Below are positions 27,069 to 35,749 of a DNA stretch of 64,000 nucleotides, in pieces. The stretch is from an uncultured Fibrobacterota bacterium. Its GTDB lineage: Bacteria > Fibrobacterota > Chitinivibrionia > Chitinivibrionales > FEN-1185. The stretch is from positions 68,314 through 132,313 of the forward strand of contig CAVSQB010000018.1 in NCBI GenBank assembly GCA_963729895.1. The letters are read 5' to 3'. The notes below the pieces were generated by a model, which worked only from the letters and a program-made list of their open reading frames with translations, was not told the DNA's origin and did no database searches. The translations under genes were made by a program, and so were the position numbers. Within the stretch, counting starts at the first letter, position 1. Each line of letters opens with the position of its first letter.

Positions 27069-29177
27069 TTAGCCCGCCCGCTTTTGTTCTTTGTCGGATT
27101 CAAGAATAGGAAGTTGACGCTCCACACCGTTTTCCCGGTTCCAGATTTCGCGATTGTGTGGGTCCTGGAGCCAAATTTCCTGATCGGTATCGGTCAAAAA
27201 GTACGGGATTTCCTCGCGTCCCTTCGGGGGAACGAGGTGGCTAATGTCGAAGGTTCCCCGTTCATCGAGGAACTTCTTTTCCTTGACAATCCGGTCATAT
27301 TTAGAATTGGGCAAGCGGTGAATCTTTGGATTTGCTTCGACCGCACCGCCCGAAGTTTCTTGCGTTGCGAGCTTCATTCTGGAAACGTGGTCGGCAATGC
27401 TTGTGGAGTGTGCGGAATTGGCAAACGCTTTTGTGATTCTGAGGTCTTTGCGTTTTGCGGCAAGTGCGCTTCGAAGCTGTGCGATGTCTGCCGGACCATC
27501 CACAAACGCTTTCGCGGTGAGTTGCCCCTCATGGGCGATGCAAATAAACTCTTCAGTAACGGCATCAAAAATCCATGCAATTCCAAGATTTTTTTGGTCG
27601 CGCCTCATGTAGACTTTTTTTCCCTTCATGCCCGAAAAGGCTTCCGCCCAATAGTGCAGGCCATACTTGCTGTCCGTCAATCCGTTCCGGCCGATTTTCA
27701 CGTCACCGCTTTCCCTCATGCAAAACAATGAAACTGCCTCAGGGTGTGCTTCGCGCTTGACAAGGAATTCCTCGGCCATTACTTGGTTCGGAGATTTGCC
27801 TTTATGATTTTTTCCATGCACAACTCTATTGTTAAAGCTCTCCTCAATAAAAGTGTTGAATAGCGGCTCGAATTCCGAAAAGGAAAGAATTGCACCCGAT
27901 TTAGTCTCTTCGGCGAGCTTTTCAGGGCGCTCAGTTATGTTCGACCCTCGGTATCCAACGCAGAATTTGCAGAACATATTGATGAGGGACCGAAAGTCTC
28001 TTTCGATGGGCTTTGCCTGGGCATTGAAAACGGTTGCAAAATGCACATTGACACCGAGAAGAGAAAGCGTGGTCCGCCGCTTCTGGTCATCCTCGTTTCC
28101 CTCAACCTTGACCGCGCGCGATCTCCCTCCCGCAAAATCCCGGCAACGGTAGTCGCGACCATTGTCTATAAGAATTCTCTTTGGCAGTCCGTACTTTAGA
28201 ACTGCCAAATAGAATGTGTAAAAAATATGATCGCTGTTCGGATCGGTGCAGTGTAGGAGCCAAGATAGCCATTTGCCGCTTTTATAGTCGCGCCATACCG
28301 TGAGCCACGGAAAACACGGCTTTCCGGTTTCTGGATTGATTACCGCAACGTCGAGTTGATGATGATCGCTCACCCATACATCTCCAGCCCTTATATTCGA
28401 GTCGTCCCGCTCGACGTAACTTGCAAATTTGCGGTTCCATTTTTTGTGCCCATGACGTGCGAGATACAGCGCTTGTTCTGGTATTTCCCGCTTCAACCGT
28501 TTGTCAAAGGCGGCGCTACAAGGAAAATTTGCCACGTCCATACCTTGCTGCTTCGCAAACCCGAGAACATTGAGACGGCAGGCATCAACCGACGGGCCGC
28601 ATTCTACCAAGTAAAGCCTCTTGAATTCCTCAAAAAGATTATCCGGCACAATTGACACCCCGGCGCGTTTTCCATACTTCGCAAGCAACCCCGCCACGCC
28701 TTCTGCCGCATGGTGGATTCGCGCGTGGCGTAGAGCCGAGAAGCTTGTTTTTTTTTCCGGGTGCGCCTTGTTCCATGTTTCAATAAAGGCACATAGGGTA
28801 TTTCCGGTCAGTCCTTCACTCGCTTGCAAAACGGGCAGATATTTATCGACTGGTTTCCGCGCCCACGCCGGAGCGGCCACGTACGCCTTTGTGTCGGCTT
28901 CGCGGTCTTCGTCTGTGGCGCTGTCAGCGTTGGGAGCCGCTGGGCCGGACGCCCTTGTCAAAGGAAGCGGAGCGTCCCTTGGAATGAGTGACTCGTAGTA
29001 TTTTTTCTGAGCTTCAGGAGGGAGGGAATCGACGAAAACGAAGCGCGTCTCGCCTCCGTTGTCGGGCCTCAATTCAAATGCGAATTCGCCTTTAGTAAGC
29101 CTCTGATTCATCCAGCGTTTAGAAATTCCCAACAACGCTGAGGCTTGGAGGGCGGAGACATAGTGGCGTGAATGCAT
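27069..29177 (-). CDS. MuA-like DDE transposase (702 aa)
   Basis: ATG at 29177 with AAGGAAG upstream. N-terminal Mu-type HTH (ALQASALLGISKRWMNQRLTKGEF). rve/DDE core (DVWVSDHHQLDVAV...ILIDNGRDYRC...). Long Mu-transposase-like C-terminal part. Confidence 0.85.
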   Translation of the reverse strand: MHSRHYVSALQASALLGISKRWMNQRLTKGEFAFELRPDNGGETRFVFVDSLPPEAQKKYYESLIPRDAPLPLTRASGPAAPNADSATDEDREADTKAYVAAPAWARKPVDKYLPVLQASEGLTGNTLCAFIETWNKAHPEKKTSFSALRHARIHHAAEGVAGLLAKYGKRAGVSIVPDNLFEEFKRLYLVECGPSVDACRLNVLGFAKQQGMDVANFPCSAAFDKRLKREIPEQALYLARHGHKKWNRKFASYVERDDSNIRAGDVWVSDHHQLDVAVINPETGKPCFPWLTVWRDYKSGKWLSWLLHCTDPNSDHIFYTFYLAVLKYGLPKRILIDNGRDYRCRDFAGGRSRAVKVEGNEDDQKRRTTLSLLGVNVHFATVFNAQAKPIERDFRSLINMFCKFCVGYRGSNITERPEKLAEETKSGAILSFSEFEPLFNTFIEESFNNRVVHGKNHKGKSPNQVMAEEFLVKREAHPEAVSLFCMRESGDVKIGRNGLTDSKYGLHYWAEAFSGMKGKKVYMRRDQKNLGIAWIFDAVTEEFICIAHEGQLTAKAFVDGPADIAQLRSALAAKRKDLRITKAFANSAHSTSIADHVSRMKLATQETSGGAVEANPKIHRLPNSKYDRIVKEKKFLDERGTFDISHLVPPKGREEIPYFLTDTDQEIWLQDPHNREIWNRENGVERQLPILESDKEQKRAG

Positions 29178-29229
29178 CGAGTCTTCCTTGGGGCGACGAG
29201 GAAACGGACACCTATGGCGTTTGTGAAAC

Positions 29230-29601
29230 CTACGCCGACGCTTCCGGAGAAGAGTCCCACCCCAATTCGGCCTCGTATGCCTTCGATACATCGGGATTTT
29301 CCTGAGCGACGAGCCGGTACAAATCCTGCGAGGGCGCGTTTGGAAAGTCCTTCTTCTTTTTTTCCATCAAATAAACCATTCGCTGTGTTGCCGACATTGC
29401 CGGAAGAGTCGGAGGCTTGGCGGCCTTCTTTTCGGAAAAGTTTGAGACACCTTTTCCCCGGACCTGCTCGGAGAAGTCCGCAAATAACTGTGGACATCGC
29501 GCCTTGATGTCCTTCAAAGCCTGTGCATCTGTGAGGTGAGGGTTTCGACGGCGCAACAGATGTACCTCGCGTTCAAATTCAAGAGCGGCGTTGATGCTCA
29601 T
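29230..29601 (-). CDS. hypothetical protein (123 aa) between the ner-like and transposase genes
   Basis: The start overlaps the ner-like stop (ATGA). I recognise no family. Confidence 0.4.
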   Translation of the reverse strand: MSINAALEFEREVHLLRRRNPHLTDAQALKDIKARCPQLFADFSEQVRGKGVSNFSEKKAAKPPTLPAMSATQRMVYLMEKKKKDFPNAPSQDLYRLVAQENPDVSKAYEAELGWDSSPEASA

Positions 29602-29915
29602 TTACTGCCTCCTAATTTTGTTTTGTGAAGGGGATTTTTCCTAACGCGTTTCTTTGGACTCAGAGAGGGCGCAGAGCAGAATTCGAGCCGGTGAATTTTA
29701 ATTGACAACCCATATTCCGCCGCCGTGGACCTTATAAAGGTGCGCAGAGCAGCGGCTATTCTGCGGCTTTCTGTTTTTCCATCCAGGACGGCCCAGATTG
29801 CTGTATGCGAGACTGGTGGCCTCAGCGACCGCGCAAAGGAGGACATTGTTATTCCCGTTAACGTCCTGCATCCGTGAAATAGTATTTTACGAAGGGCGCG
29901 TTCGTTGTTCGTCAT
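29598..29915 (-). CDS. Ner/Cro-like small DNA-binding protein
   Basis: The position (divergent from the repressor, first gene of the transposase operon) and the segment ITMSSFARSLRPPVSHTAIWAVLDGKTESRRIAAAL resemble Ner-type HTH regulators. The start is uncertain (29915 preferred over 29957). Confidence 0.4.
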   Translation of the reverse strand: MTNNERALRKILFHGCRTLTGITMSSFARSLRPPVSHTAIWAVLDGKTESRRIAAALRTFIRSTAAEYGLSIKIHRLEFCSAPSLSPKKRVRKNPLHKTKLGGSK

Positions 29916-29943
29916 AGGGAAAACCCTCGGCGTTTGTTGTTTG

Positions 29944-29959
29944 AGTTGCAACCGCAACT
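29944..29959. promoter_or_regulatory. candidate operator palindrome in the repressor / ner-like divergent region
   Basis: AGTTGC-aacc-GCAACT, a perfect 6-bp-arm palindrome 22 bp upstream of the repressor ATG, inside a 65-bp divergent intergenic region. Confidence 0.4.
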
Positions 29960-29980
29960 TCTGCCTATCTCAAATATAGC

Positions 29981-30664
29981 ATGAACAAGCTGAATAGTCC
30001 AGAAAAAAACAAAAAATATTTCATGCGCGTTTTGCACATCGGGGAACGCATACGCCTAATTCGCAATCTCAAAAGGATGTCTCAGCAGGAATTTGCCTCT
30101 GAAATAGGGGCAGATCATTATTCGTCCGTGTTTCGGTACGAAAAAAACCTCGTTATGCCGCCGCTTGGCAAAGTCAACACCATAGCTGATTTAGGCTCAA
30201 CAACTGCAAGATGGGTTTTGTCGGGAAAGGCCAATACAGATATTTGCGACAGATTTTTCTCGTTCGTAAAATCGAGATCGAAAAGCCTTCATGGCGTGGA
30301 AAGTGATCTTGATCTTCCGACGGGAATCCTCAGCCTTATTGAAAAACATGAGCTGGAGCCATCACCACAGCTTATCAAACGGTATTGCAATTTTTACGAC
30401 GAGCCTGCCCTGGGGTTCGTTGATTACTTTCTTGTGGCCGAGAACTTCGGCACTCCAGGGTTAACCGGTTTTACCGAAGGGAAAGAGCAGTCTCCTCCAG
30501 ACAAATTGGACAAGCTGACCGAAATAACACGGCTTCTGATTGGTGACGAGGGTGCACAAAGCAAGGTACTAGATTATCTCAAGGCTAGGCAGGCGCTTGG
30601 TAGCGCGGAAAAAGGGCTGATCGCTCCGACGGGCCGAGTCGGGAAGCCGCGAGCGCAGAAATAG
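29981..30664 (+). CDS. XRE-family HTH repressor (Mu c-repressor position)
   Basis: HTH_XRE segment IGERIRLIRNLKRMSQQEFASEIGADHYSSVFRYEKN. Transcribed toward the element end and divergent from the ner-like, A and B genes. AT-rich. Confidence 0.7.
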   Translation: MNKLNSPEKNKKYFMRVLHIGERIRLIRNLKRMSQQEFASEIGADHYSSVFRYEKNLVMPPLGKVNTIADLGSTTARWVLSGKANTDICDRFFSFVKSRSKSLHGVESDLDLPTGILSLIEKHELEPSPQLIKRYCNFYDEPALGFVDYFLVAENFGTPGLTGFTEGKEQSPPDKLDKLTEITRLLIGDEGAQSKVLDYLKARQALGSAEKGLIAPTGRVGKPRAQK

Positions 30665-30780
30665 AAATCCTTCGGGTTGAATTGGTTTTTATCCGCAAGC
30701 AGCAAAAGGAGGCTCCACGGGTCTCGGATTCGGCCGGGGGCTAATGCGGTTTTGATGGTCAACTTATCCTCTTTGTCTAC

Positions 30781-30945
30781 TTCCCACCTTTCATTCAAAG
30801 GTGGGAACAAAAGGTGGGAACCCTTTTTGCGAGTTCCCACCTTTGCTGAACATTGGTAGAATCACACACTTATAATCCTTCTTGAATTGCTTTCTGCTTG
30901 TTTTTGGTTGTTTTGTGGGGTGCCGAGGTGCGAAAAGGTGGGAAC
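30781..30945. promoter_or_regulatory. cluster of five copies of the 12-mer AAAGGTGGGAAC (both orientations)
   Basis: Sites at 30781-30791 (-), 30797-30808 (+), 30809-30821 (+), 30833-30844 (-) and 30933-30945 (+). The first four form two inverted pairs. They lie in non-coding DNA between the repressor stop and the element end. Confidence 0.55.
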
Positions 30946-31442
30946 TGTTTTGCTCGCTCTTAAATGGTCTATTATTGGCCCTTTAATCCCTTGTTAGTGT
31001 TCCATTGTTGGCTCCCTGTCTCATAGGAGAAACCGCGCTTTTTCCCTGGCCTTTTGCTCCAAATATCTTTGAGTTTTAGGTCTTTGCAGAATTGGCCTAA
31101 GTGAACGGCACGTTCGTAGGGGCGCGTTTGTTTATTTTGTGCTTTTGCTGCCTTTGTTGGTGCTGTTTGTGAAGTAATTTGTCTGTGGAGTTATAGAAAG
31201 TGGTGTTATTTTGCCGATTTGTTCACTGGTATGATGGTTCAGACCATTACAAAAATAGTTTTGAACTATCCCGCGCGTTATAAAAACCCTGAAGAAAACC
31301 GCCCATCACCCGCATTCTTTTATTGACTCACCCCACCATATATTGTATCTTAGTTTAGTTAAGCATCTATCTCTGGTAGCGCCCGTTGTCACGATAGGAA
31401 CAGACCCTTTTCACAGCACCGGACCAAAAAGGAAGCATACCT

Positions 31443-34400
31443 ATGGTGTTACGCAAGCTTTCAATCTTCGGGTTCAAGTCCTTTGCAGACAAGACTGAGG
31501 TGGAATTTGGCGAAGGCGTCACCGCGGTTATCGGCCCGAACGGATGCGGAAAAAGCAATGTCATCGACGCGATCCGGTGGGTATTCGGCGAGCAGAAGCC
31601 GTCCGCGCTGAGGAGCGCCAGTATGCAAGATGTTATCTTTTCGGGAGCGCAGAAACGCCAGGCACTCAACATTGCCGAGGTCACATTAACAATAGAGAAC
31701 ACCAAGAAGATCCTTCCGTCGGAATTCAATGAAATCGCAATTACCCGCAGAATATTCCGTAGCGGCGAAAGCGAATACCTCATCAATAGGGTTCCGTGCA
31801 GGCTGCGCGACATCCACACCATGTTTCTCGATACCGGCATCGGCAGCTCCGCATATACTACCATCGAAAATTCAATGATCAATTCCATATTGAGCGACAA
31901 GGCCGAAGAGCGGCGCATCCTGTTTGAGGAAGCGGCCGGTATCGGCAAATACAAGGAGCGCAGGAAGGAAAGCCTGCGCCAGCTTGACCGCACTAGGCAG
32001 GATCTCCTGCGGATCAACGACAAGGTACAGGAAGCGGACCGTCAGGTGCGCATGCTCGCGCGCCATGTGGAAAAGGCCAACCGGTACAAGCGCTATTTTA
32101 CCGACCTTAAGTCGCTTGAAGTGGGGTTCGAGAACAGACGGTATACCGCGTACTCCGGCACGCTGACGGCGCGAAAGAAGGACCTCGACGAATATGAAGA
32201 AAAGCGTCAGACCGTCCGGGCCAAGGTCGCAGCGGTCGAGGCAACCATCGAAAAAATGCAGCTTACGGCGCTCGAGCAGGAAAAGGAACTGGAAATCGCC
32301 TCCAAGCACGTCGCCGAGGCGAACGAGACGATCATCGGGCTCGACCGCACTATTTCCGTTGCCAAGGAGCGGATGGCCAACGTGCGCGAGAACGTTGCGA
32401 GAAGCGACCGCGAGCACGTCAGTCTCGATGAGCAAATCGAAGGCGCCACCGCGCTCAGAATGCAGGTTGAAAAAGGCATCATCGAGCATTCGGGTGAGCT
32501 TGACGGATTCAAAGAAAAAGTCGGGTGCGCCCGGCAGGAATTGTCGGCGTTCGATGAAAAAGTGACTGCATCCAGGCTCGAGGCGGACCGCGCCGCGTCC
32601 GAACAAATAGAAGTGATCAACGCCATCGGCGAACAGAAGAACGCAGTGTCCACGCTCAAGACAAACTTCGCAAACAGCATGGAGCGCAGCGGTCACGATG
32701 AAAAAGAACTTCAGACGCTGCAAACGAGACTCGACGAGTACCGCGAGGCCACAGAAGTCTGTAGACGCCAGCTCGAATCTGCGCATGAATCTCACCGGAA
32801 CCTGTCGGCGTCGCGCGAATCGCTGCTTGCCCGCATCGAGAAGGAAGACTCTCAGCGCCAATCTCTTGTCGAACGCGAAAAACGCCTTGAAGCTCAGATC
32901 GACGCGTGCAAGAGCCAGCGGACGTTTCTGGAAGGCCTTGATGCGGCGTTCGAAGGCTACGAAAGCGGCGTGCGGGCCGTGCTTACCAGGAAACTTCCGG
33001 GCGCGGAAGGCATCGTTGCCGATCTCGTGCGCGTACCCGACGAATCCATGCTCGGCCTTGTCGAGCGGGTTCTCGGCCAGTCGATCCAGACCCTCGTGTT
33101 CAGAACGGACGCCGATCTCAAGAACGCGATCTCTTTTATCAATGCGGAAAAAGCCGGGTCGGCCCGCATGGTATCTATGGAACGGCTCAAACGCCTGTCG
33201 TTCAACACGTCTTTCAGTCATCCGTCCGTCGAACCCTTTCGGAAATTCGTTCAAACCGCCGATGAGTATTCGTGCGTTGCCGATTATTTGTTCTGCAACA
33301 CCTATCTTACGGCCACCTCAGACGATGCGTTTGCGCGTTCGGCAGAGACGGGGAGCAACATTTTTGCGTCCAAAGACGGCGTGGTGTGTCTCGAAAACGG
33401 CTGCGTACTGGCCGGCGCTCCCAAGAAACAGCAGGCCGGAATTCTCCAGCGTAAGCAGCAGATCGAAAAATGCGTCACGGACATCGACCGGTTCGAAAAA
33501 GAATACCAGCGCGTGATTCACGACAAGGAAATCTGCACCATAAACCGTGATGAAGCTAAGTACGCGCTTGTGGAGGTCGACGAAAAACTCAATACGGGCC
33601 GGCAGCAACAGCAGGAGCAGGAAACCACCATTCGTCACTACGACAACGAGAGCAGGACGGTGGAGGCAAAGATGGAGGAACTGCGCTCCGAAGTGTCTCG
33701 CACCCGGGAGCGCATGATTTCCCTCGACGCGCAGATCAAGACCGGCGATCTGCGATGCGAGGAACTCGATGCGAGGCGGCAGGAAATCGGGATGCGCGTC
33801 GAGCAGTCGCGCGCCGCGCTCGCGTCCATGCAGGAAGAGCGCAACAGGATGGCCGAGCACCTCAAGAACATCGAGCTTGAGATGATGGGCTTAACAAACA
33901 GAATCTCCCAGGAGAAACAGGATGTTGAGCGGCTCCTGTCCGACGTGCAGCGGTTTACTGCCAAGAAAGAGAAGGTGGCCCAGGAGAAGCGGCAGGCGCT
34001 CGCCGAGATCGAATCCCTGGAATCGGGAATCCGGGGCCAGGAGGAGCAGCTCGGTCTGCGGATTGCAGACCGTTCCGCACTCGAACAGGTAAAGGCGGTC
34101 CAGCGCGACAAGTACAATAGCATCCTTATCGAGATCGAAGAACTGCGCAAGGCCGTCAAGGTGGATCAGGCCGGTGTCGAGGACCTGTCGAACCGGATCC
34201 ACGGCCTCGAGCTCGATCAGACGCGCGACGAACAGGAAAAGCGCAGGGTGCGCGAGCGCATTTTCGAGGCCTACAAGGTCGATCTCGAATCGCCGCCCGA
34301 GGACATCATTCTTGTTGAAGAAGAAGAGGCGGCGGTCGTCGAGCGTATCAATCTGTTCAAGGAACGGCTGCGCAGGCTGGGCGACGTGAACATGGCGGCC

Positions 34401-34991
34401 CTTTCCGATTTTGAAACCGAAAGCGCGCGGCTGCGCGAAATGACCATGCAGCGCGATGATCTGCAGACAGCCGTCGACGACCTGGAAAAGGCCATCAAAA
34501 AACTCGACAAGGAAGCCCGCACGCAGTTCACCGCGACGTTCGAGCAGGTGCAGAAGAACTTTATCGGCATGTTTACCACGCTGTTCGAAGGAGGCGAGGC
34601 CCAGCTCACGCTCGAAGAGAACGCGGACCCGCTCGAGGCCGCCATCAACATCAACGTGCGGCCCGCGGGGAAGAAAATGCGCGGTGTTGACTTGCTGTCG
34701 GGCGGCGAGCGCGCGCTTACGGCCATTTCGCTCCTGTTCTCGCTCTATCTTGTGAAGCCGTCGGCCTACTGTATTCTCGATGAACTCGACGCTCCGCTCG
34801 ACGATGCGAATATCGGGAGGTTCGTGAACATCCTCAAGAAGTTTTCCATGCAGACCCAGTTCATCGTGGTGACGCACAACAAGCGCACCATGGAGGCGGC
34901 CGACCTCCTTTACGGCGTCACGCAGCAGGAAAAAGGCGTTTCCACCATTGTGGGTGTGAAGTTTGAAGAAGCCGCGCTGCAGGCAGCGTAG
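31443..34991 (+). CDS. smc: chromosome segregation protein SMC
   Basis: 1182 aa. N-terminal Walker A (GPNGCGKSNVIDAIRWVFGEQ), long coiled coils with a hinge, C-terminal signature LSGGERALTAISLLFS and Walker B CILDELDAPLD. Confidence 0.95.
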   Translation: MVLRKLSIFGFKSFADKTEVEFGEGVTAVIGPNGCGKSNVIDAIRWVFGEQKPSALRSASMQDVIFSGAQKRQALNIAEVTLTIENTKKILPSEFNEIAITRRIFRSGESEYLINRVPCRLRDIHTMFLDTGIGSSAYTTIENSMINSILSDKAEERRILFEEAAGIGKYKERRKESLRQLDRTRQDLLRINDKVQEADRQVRMLARHVEKANRYKRYFTDLKSLEVGFENRRYTAYSGTLTARKKDLDEYEEKRQTVRAKVAAVEATIEKMQLTALEQEKELEIASKHVAEANETIIGLDRTISVAKERMANVRENVARSDREHVSLDEQIEGATALRMQVEKGIIEHSGELDGFKEKVGCARQELSAFDEKVTASRLEADRAASEQIEVINAIGEQKNAVSTLKTNFANSMERSGHDEKELQTLQTRLDEYREATEVCRRQLESAHESHRNLSASRESLLARIEKEDSQRQSLVEREKRLEAQIDACKSQRTFLEGLDAAFEGYESGVRAVLTRKLPGAEGIVADLVRVPDESMLGLVERVLGQSIQTLVFRTDADLKNAISFINAEKAGSARMVSMERLKRLSFNTSFSHPSVEPFRKFVQTADEYSCVADYLFCNTYLTATSDDAFARSAETGSNIFASKDGVVCLENGCVLAGAPKKQQAGILQRKQQIEKCVTDIDRFEKEYQRVIHDKEICTINRDEAKYALVEVDEKLNTGRQQQQEQETTIRHYDNESRTVEAKMEELRSEVSRTRERMISLDAQIKTGDLRCEELDARRQEIGMRVEQSRAALASMQEERNRMAEHLKNIELEMMGLTNRISQEKQDVERLLSDVQRFTAKKEKVAQEKRQALAEIESLESGIRGQEEQLGLRIADRSALEQVKAVQRDKYNSILIEIEELRKAVKVDQAGVEDLSNRIHGLELDQTRDEQEKRRVRERIFEAYKVDLESPPEDIILVEEEEAAVVERINLFKERLRRLGDVNMAALSDFETESARLREMTMQRDDLQTAVDDLEKAIKKLDKEARTQFTATFEQVQKNFIGMFTTLFEGGEAQLTLEENADPLEAAININVRPAGKKMRGVDLLSGGERALTAISLLFSLYLVKPSAYCILDELDAPLDDANIGRFVNILKKFSMQTQFIVVTHNKRTMEAADLLYGVTQQEKGVSTIVGVKFEEAALQAA

Positions 34992-34996
34992 GAGCC

Positions 34997-35527
34997 ATGC
35001 GCATCGCGGCCCTCGCCGTCGGCGCTGCCCTCGCGGCTTTCTTTGCCGTATGTCTTGCCGGGGGCGTGTTCGACGAGGTTGTAATGTCCGCGGGCGAGGA
35101 GGGCCCGTTCTGTCTTGTGTACCGGGAACACACCGGGCCCTACCGCGAAGTAAAGTCAGTAGTGTCGGATGTATACCGGTACCTCAAGGACAAACGCTCC
35201 ATCACGTCGTCCAAAGGTTTCGCGCGGTTCCTGGACAACCCGCAAAAGGTAAGCCCCCAACACCTGAGAAGCATCGCCGGCTGCATCACCGACAGCCTGC
35301 TCCCGGACGTCCAGCTGCCATACAAGACGGACATTTTTCCAAGGACCCGCGCCGTTACCGGCACGTTTCCCATCCGCACCTTCCTCTCGCAGTTCACAGG
35401 GCCGCTCAAGTTTTATCCACGGCTGTTCCGCTTTCTTTCGCAAGAAAAACTCCAGGCGGACGGTTCGATGATGGAAATCTACGACAAGGCGGCAAAGAAG
35501 ATAGTGTACATTGCGCCGGTGAAGTGA
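34997..35527 (+). CDS. membrane-anchored hypothetical protein (possible GyrI-like effector-binding fold)
   Basis: N-terminal TM or signal segment, then EEGPFCLVYREHTGPYREV...MEIYD, reminiscent of GyrI-like domains. Weak call. Confidence 0.3.
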   Translation: MRIAALAVGAALAAFFAVCLAGGVFDEVVMSAGEEGPFCLVYREHTGPYREVKSVVSDVYRYLKDKRSITSSKGFARFLDNPQKVSPQHLRSIAGCITDSLLPDVQLPYKTDIFPRTRAVTGTFPIRTFLSQFTGPLKFYPRLFRFLSQEKLQADGSMMEIYDKAAKKIVYIAPVK

Positions 35528-35749
35528 TCGCCCGGCTCAGCCATCCGGAATTTCCTGCATTATTTCTCCGGCAATTAAATTTCATAGTACAACGGCCGCA
35601 AATTGTGGGTCTCATTATTGCCGGAGTAATAAGATGTCACATCGGTCAAGCACTCCTTATGGGCGTCTTCCGCTCATGGGCCGGTTCAAATCAATGCGCA
35701 GATCGACCCCGGCCCTTTCTCCCGAAACCGCGCGTTGTATTTTGAAGCC

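Larger units (their letters stand above)
20330..31400 (-). mobile_element. Mu-type transposable prophage remnant or mini-Mu-like element (boundaries approximate)
   Basis: Canonical Mu left-end layout: repressor divergent from ner-like, MuA-like and MuB-like genes. Also gp48-like, baseplate-J-like and Mor-like genes. It lies between two conserved core genes (hisJ-like, smc). Repeat-rich non-coding ends. Several genes are visibly more AT-rich than their neighbours. Exact termini and target duplication were not resolved. Confidence 0.65.

Noticed and set aside
26160-29177. The transposase/ATPase pair as a Tn7-like or CRISPR-associated transposon core (TnsB/TnsC), or Tn5053 TniA/TniB
   Set aside because: No TnsA, TniQ, resolvase, cas genes or CRISPR array is nearby. 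The ATPase has the MuB-type N-terminal HTH. The pair sits in a c / ner context with Mor-, gp48- and J-like genes, all of which point to a Mu-type phage origin.
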